From positions 65,249,288 through 65,312,702 of the forward strand of contig NC_068992.1 of assembly GCF_001194135.2 (NCBI RefSeq): a stretch of 63,415 nucleotides of DNA, in the 5' to 3' direction. The notes beneath the pieces were generated by a model that was given only the letters and a program-made list of their open reading frames with translations, did no database searches and was not told where the DNA came from. Each line of letters starts with the position of its first letter. The stretch's first letter is position 1. Of this stretch, positions 12,827 through 25,342 are shown piece by piece. Made by a program: the position numbers and the translations under genes. The stretch is from Octopus bimaculoides. Taxonomy: Eukaryota.

Positions 12827-14409
12827 ACACACACTCACACACAGATACATATAAACTCTGTGTTTTAACTCATTGAATCTTCTATTAAGACAGGATGGTT
12901 TTTGAAATAACAAACATGGTTTCAAGCCACCGGGAAATTCCATTTTAATTCCAGAAAATTTTGCACATATCAATTCTTCCTAAAACAAAACTGAAATCAC
13001 AGAATACATACAAGACAGTTTATTCTTCTTTTTTTGCACTTAAAACTCTGTCTTTCATTGTTAACCAGTTACTCAAAAGATTCAATATATGAGTAATAAT
13101 TAGTCCAAATGTAAATTTATGACCGGAGTAAAACAGTTTTTGCTGAGGTTGGTTCCTTATTTAATTTGTCTACTTTTATTCGACAATCAATGATCGTATT
13201 CTCTCTGTTTTACTGTTATTCAGATAAATGTTCACATCGGCTGTATACTTAATTTCCTCAATGACACAAGTTTTGTTTCCTGGCCTGTTGTTCGTCCTTG
13301 GCCGAATTTTCTATGGGAATGCTCCACAAATATTCATTGTGGTATTACATATCTATGTAGAACATTTTATACGTGAATCATTTGGAAGGCGATACAAATC
13401 TCATTTTCGAAGTGAATTTCAATAGCAGCTTATGGTGAACATTACAAACTTCCGGTATGGTTTACTGTTTCGTTTTCGACTACTCTGAGAAGTTTGATGT
13501 GTGTACATAGAGCTGAATAATTATCGATCGTTCGAGACATGAATGAAATTATTTTATCAGCAATTTGTTCAAAATAAGTACTAGCATGTTAAATTTTCAA
13601 AGCTTGTTTGTTGTTCATTCCGACAACATAAAGCAGCCCCCTTTTGAAAGTGTTCGTCAATGTTTATGATATTCATATGTGCATTTTTTTAATTCTTATA
13701 AAATGAGAGAAGTGAATAGAAAAGAAACATGACAAAAACATAGAGACAGAAATCTTAAGCGAAGAGTCTTTTAAATTGCGGCATATTTAATATAATTGTA
13801 TTTTTAATATACAATATCATTAATAGCTCTTTCACAACAGCTGTTTAGTAATATCATGGATTGTATACATAATTGAAGAATCATTCCATAAATCTAATCA
13901 TTGCCCCTGCAGCTGGTATTTTAAACAACAAAGAGAAAGTTATTGCAACGCTGAGAATGATTTCTTGTCATAATTTGTCTGCAATAATTTTATTGGCACT
14001 AGCAACATTTATCAACCTACAAGAATTCAAAACTTTCAGTATTAAAACTGAAATGTTCAATATCATACGCCATATGTATTTAATTAAAATTTACACACCT
14101 CTAATATTTACTCAACGAATTCCTTTATCATGTTGTCGTAATTTGTGAGCGTTGAAACAACATGGCTTCTTGATTACCAAATTAAAAAGCAGGTTAAAAT
14201 AACTTGTGGTATATGGCTACTTTTTCTCCGTTTTATGTTCGAGGTGCCATCATTTGGAGCCACAAGATGTGGTGTCTGATAGAATATGTAGATGTTGCCT
14301 TTATCACTTTATACAGGCATGTAGATATATACAGACACACACACATACATATACGCGAACGCAAATCACTAAAGAGATTAATTATTAAAATTTGCCTATA
14401 ACGTTTGTA

Positions 14410-14503
14410 TTTCTGCGGAATTTGAACTCAGAATGTACAGACAAACGAACTACCGCTAAGCCTTCGCCTCGTGTGTTAACGTTTCTGCCAGCTCACCACC
14501 TTG
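14410..14503 (-). mobile_element. SINE family A head fragment
   Basis: gcggaatttgaactcagaatgtacagacaaacgaactaccgctaag...gtttctgccagctcaccacctt. Confidence 0.8.
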
Positions 14504-15237
14504 GATGATTAGTATCATGTTGCATGTCTATAACTAACTTTCATGGAGTTCCTTCTCACTCATTCCTGATGCGTGTTCATATAGTATTAATAGTATTATC
14601 AACGAGTATACATGTACTTTAATATCAGAAAGTGCATGATAAGCTACTTGTATGTGCTTGGATCACAATTTATATTAAAAATAATAGTTTTAAATGATGG
14701 TAGATTGGTTGACCGTCGTTCGCAGTTTCTGGTCATGGTGAACATGGAGTTCTGAGTTCGGTAAAGCAAATATCAGCCAAGTACTTGGGCCCACAAAAAG
14801 AACCGTTTCTATACCACGACTATCCTGCCTTGTCGTGATATTGGAAATCATTGTCGCTAGTCGTCTATCGGAAGTGTAATACGTCCATTGAACAAAATGC
14901 CTTGCAGTATTTCTGTTGGATTCTTTCTTCTTCAATTCACACTCCACTGGAGATAATTTTCGGTTTCGTTCTTAACCCTTCGTGGGGCGGTGAGGTTAGA
15001 ATTACACAAAAGGCCATTGGGGACCCCCTTTTATTTTGGAGCATTTCCGCACTATCCATAAAGTAATGTTTGTGTAATTGTGTGTATATGTGCGAGTGCA
15101 TGATACGGAACAAGAAATTTCGCATCTTATAGGTATACAATTGTAATTATTAGCGTTAAATGGAGATGAATTAAAATATAATTTATTGACTGAAAAAACC
15201 TTTATTGAAAGAAATCAACATTTTTATAGAATTATAC

Positions 15238-15268
<31 letters not shown>

Positions 15269-15710
15269 TGTATGCACGTATGTAGGTAGGTATATATATG
15301 CTCGTGATAGAATAGCAATGCAAGATTCAGGGTGATTTATACATACGGTAACAGCGTCTTACCATAGTAAATCCTGGTTAAGCCAATATGGTAAGCCAAG
15401 GAAATGTTGCACTTGGACAAATTACAGAATCGTTGAGCTAATTACAGTATAATGTATCGGATCTCTCAAAGAGTGAAATTTATGTCATAGTGAATATAAC
15501 AAAGAATTGCTGGGGCACTTTTTGAACGCTAATCAATATATAATTACAAATATAATCAGCACTGGTTTACAATTTTCTCACTAAAACAACTCTCTGAAAA
15601 AGAAAATCAATTTTATTTAAATAAAGCTAATTGAAACAATAATTAACAATAAAAATAATTGCATTAATAAAATATTTTGAGATCTCTTACACTGCTTTTC
15701 TTTTGTATCT

Positions 15711-15816
15711 CCTTCTTCTTCTTCTTCTTCTTCTTCTTCTTCTCCTTCTTTTTCTCATCCTCCTCTACCTCCTCCCTTCTCTCCTCCTCCCCCTCCTCCT
15801 CCTCCTCCTCCTCAGC

Positions 15817-15882
<66 letters not shown>
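15711..15882. repeat. Compound microsatellite (CTT)n/(CCT)n/(TA)n
   Basis: Directly visible; explains ORFs 15677 and 15703. Confidence 0.95.
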
Positions 15883-15884
<2 letters not shown>

Positions 15885-15894
15885 GCTGAACCTT

Positions 15895-16108
15895 TTGTAA
15901 GTGTTCGCTCAGCGACGGAGTGAAACCTTACAATTAACGATCGAATCACTCTCAGGCACTTTCTTCATTCTTGAAATAAGAGGAAAAGAAGCTGTGTCTG
16001 CAAACCAAAAAAACAACTTCGATGGCCACGACTGGCGTAACTTTGGCTATGTGTTTACTTCATCGGAACTAACCAGGGGCTAAAATAAACAACAACAACA
16101 ACAACAAA
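15895..16108 (+). mobile_element. Probable SINE-like element ending in a (CAA)n tail
   Basis: GC-richer segment ending ...aaccaggggctaaaataaacaacaacaacaacaacaa. Family assignment from recall only. Confidence 0.45.
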
Positions 16109-17049
16109 AGCCAGTAAATAACTCTGCAGACTTTGATGATAAAAGTGGTATTTCTAATACAGGATTTTAGTGTTTTTAATGATAAAACGCCCACATCGAT
16201 CGAAACAATGTGTACTGACACAGAACTTTGAGTTATGAGGGCTGTAGTCAGGAAATCGATATGTGGGCCAAAAAATATGTTACTATGTTGTTTTTGCTTG
16301 TCAGTCGATGTTCCTTAATAACTACACCTTCATTGAGTTAAAGGTGATTTATGTAAGAAAGATTTCGATCTTTTTCACAAATTAGGCAAACGAAATTCAT
16401 AAGTGATACACAAGTTTTGGTTATCGATAAATAATATATTTGTCAGCACCAAGTAATTCTATTTTATATATATAAGACATATATTTGTCAGTTATAATGA
16501 TATCTCCATGTTTCGTGTTCACTAATTTTCAAAATTTAGTTAATCGAGTTTAATACGTTTAATTTAATTAATTATGAAGTGCCTCAGATAACATGGTACG
16601 TTTGAAATCACAACAACATATTTTAGAAATTATTGTTGATTTAAAATTATAAAACATAAAAATAGTCACCTAACTTGAACGCTATTCAGAATAATTCAAA
16701 ACTCAGCATACGAGAAAGAATATTGTCATATCATGTAAAAGTCTTAATTTCAAAATAAATGCTATTATCCAGCGCTCGAAGAATAATTTGTAAAGTGTGA
16801 TTGATATATTTAATAATATCCTTGAATTATTCAATCATGAAGGGTTGTGATACAAGTCTGAGTACACAGTTACTCACAATATTGAGTACAAGATCAGTCA
16901 TAAACAATCATCCTGTAGCGATTGCAAACGGCTCCAAATGAGAATTGGGGTTAATACACAGAACCTGAATTAATATGCAATTAAAGAAAATGTAATCGTT
17001 TTCTTTTGTCCAAGAGACAAGATTAGAGCTGTGAACAAGTTTCTCAGGT

Positions 17050-17300
17050 CACTTGTGACGTCTGTCATGGATGCTACTGGTACTTTGGAATTTAGTACAG
17101 CCTGTTGCATGGTCTAGTTGTCGGCGACGAAACCGGCGCCCCCAATACACTTGCCTGGTGAGGAGGGGGGGGGGCTAGAAACCCAGCAGAACTAAAAAAA
17201 AACCTGTCTAATGGACAGACGAACCTAGTATCAGTTGAACGACTATCTGACCATAACATGAGACCTCAAAAATTTCGTGTTGATATCCGGTGTGCTGGAA
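17050..17300 (+). mobile_element. Possible 5' UTR remnant of an RTE-type LINE
   Basis: GC-rich island with ggggctagaaacccagc...aaaaaaaa, resembling the ggggctaacaacccc..gtaaaaa motif I recall from RTE 5' UTRs. No ORF follows. Confidence 0.35.
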
Positions 17301-17519
17301 GACGACTGGGAGTGAGACATGCCTTAACGTTTGTTAAAACATGCCTCTAGAACCCGCTTCATACCCAGGCTATTCTGCTTCGATAATTGTCGGTAATTTG
17401 GTGAAAGAGTCCTCTACAATAGACAGATATAGCTATACGTTCGCGCACCTACGTACACATGTACTTGCATTCACACGCGCATATATATATATATGTATGT
17501 AAATGGATACATACACACA

Positions 17520-17560
<41 letters not shown>

Positions 17561-17646
17561 AGACACACGCACACATACATATATCATGGAAACAAGGAAA
17601 AACTTTGAGAGTAAGAGAGAATGCGGGGAGAGGTTAGAGAGTGAGA

Positions 17647-17781
17647 GAAGAAGAAGAAGAAGAAGAAGAAGAAGAAGAAGAAGAAGAAGAAGAAGAAGAA
17701 GAAGAAGAAGAAGAAGAAGAAGAAGAAGAAGAAGAAGAAGAAGAAGAAGAAGAAGAAGAAGAAGAAGAAGAAGAAGAAGAA
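17647..17781 (+). repeat. Pure (GAA)45 trinucleotide repeat
   Basis: Uninterrupted GAA from 17647 to 17781 (135 nt). Confidence 0.97.
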
Positions 17782-18339
17782 GATGAGGCAAGCCATACAA
17801 TACAATAGAAGAGGAGAATTGGTAATTTTTTTTAGGCTGAATGCAAAATGAAAAGCGAAAAGTGTTTGTTGAAAACTCAACTGTAAATCTCCTTGACGGA
17901 CGTTGCTAAAGGCTGGGGAATTATGGGAATTCCCAATAAACTAAGTACCTTTCTCCCACATTCTCCATTCTCCACTTCAAACAAATCTGGAAATACTAAG
18001 AATAAAAAAAAAAATTAGAAAAAGTAAAAACTGCCACACACGAAATATTAAAGTGGCCAACAACACTGTCATAAATCACTAGTTTGTGTGAATTAGCCGT
18101 AATGCCTTCAGTAAAAGAAACAAATAATGACCTATCCGATCAATCAAGCATTTGGCTTGCTGTTGCTGTTGTTGTTGTTTGTCTAAAACTGTATTATCGA
18201 GAAAAATAATCTATTTTAGCATCGGTTTATTGATTAAATCTGTGCAAATGCCAGAGGAAGGTTTTGAAACGATGTTCGATTAGTGTTTGACTTCGTGACC
18301 TCAGTTTCGATACCTGCGAGAGTTAGACTTCAGTATTTA

Positions 18340-18480
18340 GTGTTCGCTAATGGTGGTGATCTGGTAGAATAGTTAGTACAGTCTCCTTTACATCGAGAGT
18401 TCAAATTCCGCCCAGATCAATTTTGCCTTTCATCCTTTCAAGATCAGGAAAATAAGTACGAATAAAATACAACAAAATAA
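18340..18480 (+). mobile_element. SINE family A (internally deleted)
   Basis: tggtggtgatctggtagaatagttag...gagttcaaattccgcccagatcaattttgcctttcatcctttc...aaataagtac. Confidence 0.75.
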
Positions 18481-18584
18481 GTACTACAAAGGAAGCTGGC
18501 AAAGTCGTTAATACGGTGGAATTTGAAGTCAGAACGTGAAGACGGACGAAATGCCGCGAAGCATTTAGCGTGCCGACGATTCTT

Positions 18585-18780
18585 TTCTACTCTAGGCACA
18601 AGGCCTGAAATATTTTAGGAGGGGACCAGTCGATTATATCGACTGGTCTTAATTTAACGACCCCGAAAGGATGAAAGACAAAGTAGACCTTGGCGGAATT
18701 TGAACTCAGAACATAAAGACAGACGAAATGCCGCAAATCGTTTCGCCCGGCGTGCTAACGTTTCTCCCAGTTTGCGGCTT
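18585..18780 (-). mobile_element. SINE family A, near full length
   Basis: ttttctactctaggcacaaggcctgaaa...cgaccccgaaaggatgaaagacaaagtagaccttggcggaatttgaactcagaac...cccggcgtgctaacgtttc. Confidence 0.9.
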
Positions 18781-19339
18781 TGCATTTTGGCTATCTTTAC
18801 GTCGAGGACGGCATTGCCATTTACCCTTCTGGGATCTATAAATTGAAAACTAGTCGAAGTTTGGAGTCAATGTAATGAACTAAACTTGTCTCCAAAAATT
18901 CAGGCTTTGTGACTATAAAAGAAAAGCTTATTTTCTCTTTACCAAAGTTCCGTTAATTTTCGATGATATTAAAGATAGTTTTCCTTGCCTTCAACACTGT
19001 AACCTAATACAATATATACGTAACATTCCTACATAAAAAATATGAGCATTTAAACTGTTAACGAAATGTCATTTAGACAATAATGATATTAGGAATCTAG
19101 AACTTTCTCGATAAACTCCTGTTCAAGGCATAAAGTAAATTGTTCTATAAATTTCCGAACTTAAGGAAAAATTGACATAAGTTACTGATTAGCGAGGAAA
19201 AAACAACAAAAAGAAAGCCGTCGTTTGTTGAATATATGAGCGTGTTTATTGTGAATGGCTGGTGATTTCTTTCGACGATCTTATTCTTCAATCGAAAATA
19301 TCGAGTGAGATCGAAATGGCACAGATCTAGCAATCTTTT

Positions 19340-19675
19340 GTCTTTTATCTTTTGCTTGAATCAGTCATTGGAGTGTGGCCATGCTGGGACACCACCTTGA
19401 AGGCTTTTGTATAGCAGATGAGCTTTGCTGCTTATTTTTCTTAAAAAGCCTAGCACTTATTGTGTTTCCCAACTCCTACGATACAGGGACGTAAACAAAC
19501 TAACAACGGTTGTCAAGTAGTGCATGTGAACACACATTCCCACATCTACATATATCTGACGAAGTTCTTCCAGTTCCTCTCTACCAGATCCATTCGTAGC
19601 AACAAAAGTGTAGCGGGACTGAACCCGGAGCCTCGTAGCCGGGAAGCAAGCGTCTTGCCACACAGCCACGCCTGA
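19340..19675 (-). mobile_element. SINE family B/C, full length and diverged (tRNA-like head, internal decayed microsatellite, tail)
   Basis: Head reverse complement (gggactgaacccggagcc...cttgccacacagccacgcc) at 19615-19675; tail (cttttatcttttgcttgaatcagtcattgg...ccatgctggg) at 19340-19510. Confidence 0.8.
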
Positions 19676-20197
19676 TGCTGGACATTCTTCTCTAAGCCGT
19701 TTTTGTTTCGGTTGTAGAATTTTCATGGATGCAAGATTCCAAGGAAATTCGAATAAAAGGCAAATCTATAATATGGAACAAAGTGTCACATTTAGACATA
19801 ATGATTTCACGTGAAGAGGGTAGTCTTGATAAACAATTTAGCGTTTAGCTTGTAGCGGACTAACTCTAGACGTTGGTAAATAACGGAACATCATGGAGGC
19901 TGATTAGAATTAAATCACGTGATCAGTGATTAAATAAATTGTTCGTTGTTAGCTGTTAATTAGTTTTCTTCCACTATATACTTAAACATATTTCTTCGTA
20001 GTAATTTGGATGAAAGGAAACGGGTAACGATTTTATGGGAAGTTAATCCGTGAATTAGGAGATTCTTATGAAGACATAAGACTTAATGGCTTGAAAGGTG
20101 TAATTAAATAATGGCAGACATTTTAATTTTTCTGCGCTGCTGAATAGTAAATACAGTAACTTTCATTACAAGTAGTATCCTCAAACAACAACATTAA

Positions 20198-20232
<35 letters not shown>

Positions 20233-20393
20233 ACAACAACAACCTATTTTCTCTTTATTACATATCTCGATGTTTAATGGGTTGATCTATGAAAACAATC
20301 TGAATGTAAGACTATCGTATAAGGCCGCCATTTATAAAGAGGAGAAAGTGTAGATGTTAAGGGAATGGGGAGATAAAATTCTGTTGAAGCAAC

Positions 20394-20596
20394 TTATTCG
20401 AATTCAGCTGGACGGCCAGAAAGAGGTGCGTCTTTGAGGTCAAAATTTCCATTTTTGAACTTGGCAAACCAATCACGAGCGGTTCTTTCAGCTATGGTAA
20501 TCTCTCCATACACAGCACAAATGTCGCAAGCAGCTTTTCCGGCCTTAGAACCTTGATTAGAATCCAAAAGAGGGACGTGTCGAAAATGCTCGTTTT
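20394..20596 (-). mobile_element. Mariner transposase N-terminal HTH fragment
   Basis: NEHFRHVPLLDSNQGSKAGKAACDICAVYGEITIAERTARDWFAKFKNGNFDLKDAPLSGRPAEFE* matches the mariner N-terminus (HFRH.LLF.F..G..A..A...IC.VYG....ERT...WF.KF..G.FDL.D.PRSGRP). The 5' part runs into gap 20597-21102. Confidence 0.92.
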
Positions 20597-22805
20597 NNNN
20601 NNNNNNNNNNNNNNNNNNNNNNNNNNNNNNNNNNNNNNNNNNNNNNNNNNNNNNNNNNNNNNNNNNNNNNNNNNNNNNNNNNNNNNNNNNNNNNNNNNNN
20701 NNNNNNNNNNNNNNNNNNNNNNNNNNNNNNNNNNNNNNNNNNNNNNNNNNNNNNNNNNNNNNNNNNNNNNNNNNNNNNNNNNNNNNNNNNNNNNNNNNNN
20801 NNNNNNNNNNNNNNNNNNNNNNNNNNNNNNNNNNNNNNNNNNNNNNNNNNNNNNNNNNNNNNNNNNNNNNNNNNNNNNNNNNNNNNNNNNNNNNNNNNNN
20901 NNNNNNNNNNNNNNNNNNNNNNNNNNNNNNNNNNNNNNNNNNNNNNNNNNNNNNNNNNNNNNNNNNNNNNNNNNNNNNNNNNNNNNNNNNNNNNNNNNNN
21001 NNNNNNNNNNNNNNNNNNNNNNNNNNNNNNNNNNNNNNNNNNNNNNNNNNNNNNNNNNNNNNNNNNNNNNNNNNNNNNNNNNNNNNNNNNNNNNNNNNNN
21101 NNAAAACATATAATAAAAGAGTATATGCATATATACGTTACACATATACAGTGAGAGACAAGAGAAAGAGAGAGTAAAATAGAGTGAGAAAGAAAGAAAG
21201 TGAGAGGTTGCGTGTGTCGCTGCGTGAAAGAGAAGTCCTCTGTACTTATAAATGTTTTTCTGTAGAACGTTATCGATGGAGAAACTAAAATTGCTGTGTT
21301 TTATTGGTAGACTTAAAAAAAAAAAAAGACTTGATAATGACAGTTGAACGTTCGGATCTCATCGATCGAATTGCGAACAATAGATGAACTCACCCACCAG
21401 CGCTTCTCGTATAAAATATTCGTTTATATTTGAAGTTAGCAAATATCCGTATAACAACATTCCCGAATTTGGAAGAAACGAAGAGAAAGAAGTTTTCACT
21501 GATGGCGTTTCAATTAGAAATTTTATGAAACCTAATAATTTTCTGTCTGATTGTTGTAGAAAATCTGTTAACATTTGTTAAACCGCAACATCATTTAACT
21601 CTGTAGTTGCCGCCTTAATCGCGTTTATCACATCGATAAGAGATATAATTCTCTAGTATATCCTTCTCTTTGTAATACATTACGATTACAATAGATACAT
21701 ACATACATACATGCATACATACATATATACATATATATATATACACATATATTTTCATATATACATGTATATATATACACATATATATATATGTACCACC
21801 CTAAAGCATTGTTGATATTTTACTGCGTTAACTATAGAAGGTAAACACAGCTTCCATGTCTAATCTGGTTATCGTATCCTAGCCTTAACTAGCGAGCAAA
21901 GTATCTTTTCCTGACGTGTTATAAATATATGAAAGAATAGTTTCTGCCTCAAAGTCATTTCTTCACTAATCAGCAATTCTGCGAAAGTTTCGTTTCACGT
22001 AAAGCATCTTTGTATTGTCAGAATAAAACAAATTTCGTACGTCACTGGACATCGAGAGAGTATGAGACCGTCCGAGGTTCACTCGAGATTAATGATTGGT
22101 TTGTTCAAGATGTAATCATCTTAATTCCTTTTATATTACTTATTCTTTCAGAAAAATTGCCACAGACCAAACAGTTGGTTCATTAATCCAACTCTATATC
22201 GTTTGCGCTGTTGCCAGGATCAGAGGTTTAGAATTTTCGATCGTTTCACATTTGTGCGGTTGGAAGCGGAAGGATTAGAACACAATCGCTACCTCGGTTC
22301 TCCCGTTACTTACCTTTCACTTCATGACCTCTGACATTCATTAATAAATATTAATATGTTTTGTTTTTGTTTTACATTGACATAACCAATATTTTTTAAT
22401 GAGATCTGAAGTCGTTTAAATCAAATTCATAACATGACTTGTTATTTTTTCATCGATTTGGGAATGATCAAAGCCTTGGAGACAAACGAAAGATCTGAAA
22501 TCAATTAAAAATAAAGATTTCTAATACTAATAATAATGTTTTCTTTAAAAATCAATAGTAAATATTAATTTCATTGTAGTTCAATTGAAATTTATGTAAT
22601 TTCATACAAATATATCTAAAAGAGGATTATTTACTAAACGTTAGCAGGATAATTGGCTCACGTAAAAGATATAATTAAGTTTTATGATAAAGCTAATTAG
22701 TTTGTGCCAAGGTCTAACTACTCGAAGATAAATGTTCACTTCCTGTTTGAAATGAGAATCTAACGAGTTAAGACTCATTCATATTGACTTTGTTTAATTT
22801 TATCG

Positions 22806-22819
22806 CCACTAGATGGCGC
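22806..22819 (+). promoter_or_regulatory. Perfect CTCF core motif, with AP-1 site TGACTCA at 22831-22837
   Basis: CCACTAGATGGCGC matches CCASYAGRKGGCRS at all 14 positions and lies in non-repetitive AT-rich sequence. Confidence 0.55.
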
Positions 22820-23571
22820 CGTTGTTAGAGTGACTCATGAACTATATTGCTTCTTTTAGCAATGTATTATCCTGGTCTGAGCTCCCAACAGGATCGAACG
22901 CAGCTCGATAAAATAGCTCACCTATTCAAGTACAGGACTTGTTCAAATAAACCTCATTTCTCTGTAAGAAATTACTGATGCACTGGGGTCGATATAGTCG
23001 ATATAATTGACTTGTCCCGGCCCTCAAAAACCTGAGGCCTTACACCAGAATTAGAAACAATAATTAACACTGAATTCTCCATCACCGATCAGTGTGGCTA
23101 ATAAATTTGATAGGACGATACAACCTCTTAATTAATCTTCAACGCTTCCATAATTATAAGATGGTAACAGAAGCAGACGACAACGGATTTTCTTTGATTG
23201 CAACACAAATGAAATGGGTTAACGTTTGAGCAAATTCAACAATGATTTATAGATGAAACATAAACTTGGCTCAAACGTATATTACTGGTACTAATTTAAT
23301 CAACCTCCATGGAATAGACAACATATACAATTAGGATTAGAACCTAGAATTACCAAGGACACAAGTGAGCAGTTTCGTCGAATTAGAAAGAAAAGTATTG
23401 GTTGTGAGACTAATGCATTTTCCAAGTGGATTAAATACAGAAAATATTCTTGTAGTGAAATTGATTGTTAATTACAACGACATAGGAACAGATATTTGGT
23501 ACTAGCAGTTTACCGAATTGGGACGATTAGAATGTAGAACGTAAAGAGATGGTCAAGTAATCCTTTCCATT

Positions 23572-23750
23572 AGAGGCACAAGGCCTGAAAACTTGGGGTA
23601 GTTTTCTACTGGTACATATTTCATCGTCAAAGAAAATATGACAGCAAAGTCAACCTCGGCGGAATTTGAACTCAGAACTTTAATACGGAAGAAATGCTGC
23701 TAAGCCTTTTTCCCCGGCGTGCTAACGATTCTGCCAGCGTGTCACCTTAG
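23572..23750 (-). mobile_element. SINE family A
   Basis: aggcacaaggcctgaaa...caaagtcaacctcggcggaatttgaactcagaac...ccggcgtgctaacgattctgccagc. Confidence 0.88.
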
Positions 23751-23895
23751 CTGGATCAAATGATGCAAGCTAATTGGTCCAAAGCGCTAATAATTGTAGA
23801 ACTCTATCTGTCTTGAGATATAAATTAATAGAATATCTGACCCTGTTTGTGTGTGTGACCTGTATCATTACTGCGGTGATATTATTGTTTAGTCT

Positions 23896-24110
23896 GAAAA
23901 TGGAGTTGGCGGAATCGTCCACGCGTCGGGAAAATGCTTGGCAGAATTCCACCAGGTACTTACATCGTGTGTGCAAATCCCGCTGAGGTCACCTTTGCCC
24001 TTCATTGTTTCGGGGTTGTTAATCTAAAGTATCAGTCAATTACTAGGGATGATGTAATCGACTAGCCTACTCCCTAAGTTTCAGACCCCGTGCCTATATT
24101 AGAAGCAGTC
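23896..24110 (+). mobile_element. SINE family A, diverged
   Basis: ggagttggcggaatcg...caaatcccgctgaggtcacctttgcccttcattgtttcgggg...gtaatcgactagcc...gtgcctatattag. Confidence 0.8.
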
Positions 24111-24790
24111 ATTGTCTATCCCTAAATCAGTACTACGTATAACCAAGCCGTCCATTCATGATCATGCCATCTTTATACATAACCAGTAGTCTATTGGACA
24201 CTGTATCATTCACTTTACAAAAGAGTGGTTTGTAATTTTAGAGACATCGGTTGCCATTTTTAGCATGACACAGAACCAATTGTATTCCCCTCGTTAGCTG
24301 TTTTACTATTAATATAATGACTGAATAGATAATCCCATAACTCCGAGATATCTCCAGAATTCACGCTCCACCCATACCATCATATATCTCTGGCTTTTTC
24401 ATGCATAATAATTTCTTGATAATCACAAGTGACAATGTCTTTAAAACAGAGTGTCGAAAGAGCCGGCAGCAGTTTCTGAATCAAATTGTGTAGCTTGCCA
24501 ATTATGTAAGGAAACACCTTCTAGTTTCATTCACTTAATAAGTAAACACATAGAATCGATGTATTATTTTTAGAATATCATTTACCCAGCACAATCGAGT
24601 AATTTTATAGCAAATAACTAGGATAATTAAATGGGTAATGAAGTCGATCCGTTAACGCTTGCCACTCAAGTTCACTGTATATATGTGTGAGTGGATGTTT
24701 TTAGTGTGTATTGAGCGTGTGAGTGCGAGTGCGTAGATATGTATATATATATATATATATATATATNNNNNNNNNNNNNNNNTATATATT

Positions 24791-24839
<49 letters not shown>

Positions 24840-24910
24840 ATGTCTATGTATATTATATATATATATATATGTCTATATATTTATACACATACATATGTAT
24901 GTACTTTTTT

Positions 24911-25287
24911 TTACTCTTTTACTTGTTTAAATCATTTGAATGCGGTCATGCTGGAACACCACTTTAAGTCGGGCAAATCGACCCCAGAACATATTCTTTG
25001 GAAGCCTAGTACTTATTCTATCGGTTCTGTTACTAAACCGCTAAGTTACGGGAACATAAACACACCACTATCGGTTGTCAAGCGATGTTGGGGACAAACA
25101 CAAACATACAAACATATACACACACATACATATATATTTATACATATATACGACGAGCTTGTTTCAGTTTCCGTCTACCAAATGCACTCACAAGGCTTTG
25201 GTCAGCCCGACGCCACAGTAGAAGACACTTGCCCAAGTGCGACGCAGTGGGAAATTACCCGGAACCATGTGGTTGGGAAGCAAGCAT
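24911..25287 (-). mobile_element. SINE family B/C, full length with internal (TA/CA)n
   Basis: Tail module 24911-25110 (cttttacttgttt...tgcggtcatgctgg...gtactta ttctatcgg...ggttgtcaagcgatgttgggg), microsatellite 25110-25150, head module 25150-25287 (gacacttgcccaag...gcagtggg...ggaaccatgtggttgggaagcaagc). Confidence 0.9.
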
Positions 25288-25299
25288 ACATATATACTC

Positions 25300-25342
<43 letters not shown>

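Noticed and set aside
13201-13425. + strand acceptor followed by short ORFs (INVHIGC..., MFTSAV...)
   Set aside because: No partner donor or recognisable protein; such signals are frequent by chance in AT-rich DNA.
22313-22495. Minus-strand acceptor and perfect donor (gaaag|GTAAGT)
   Set aside because: All three frames contain stops and the interior is very AT-rich; a non-coding exon cannot be supported from sequence alone.
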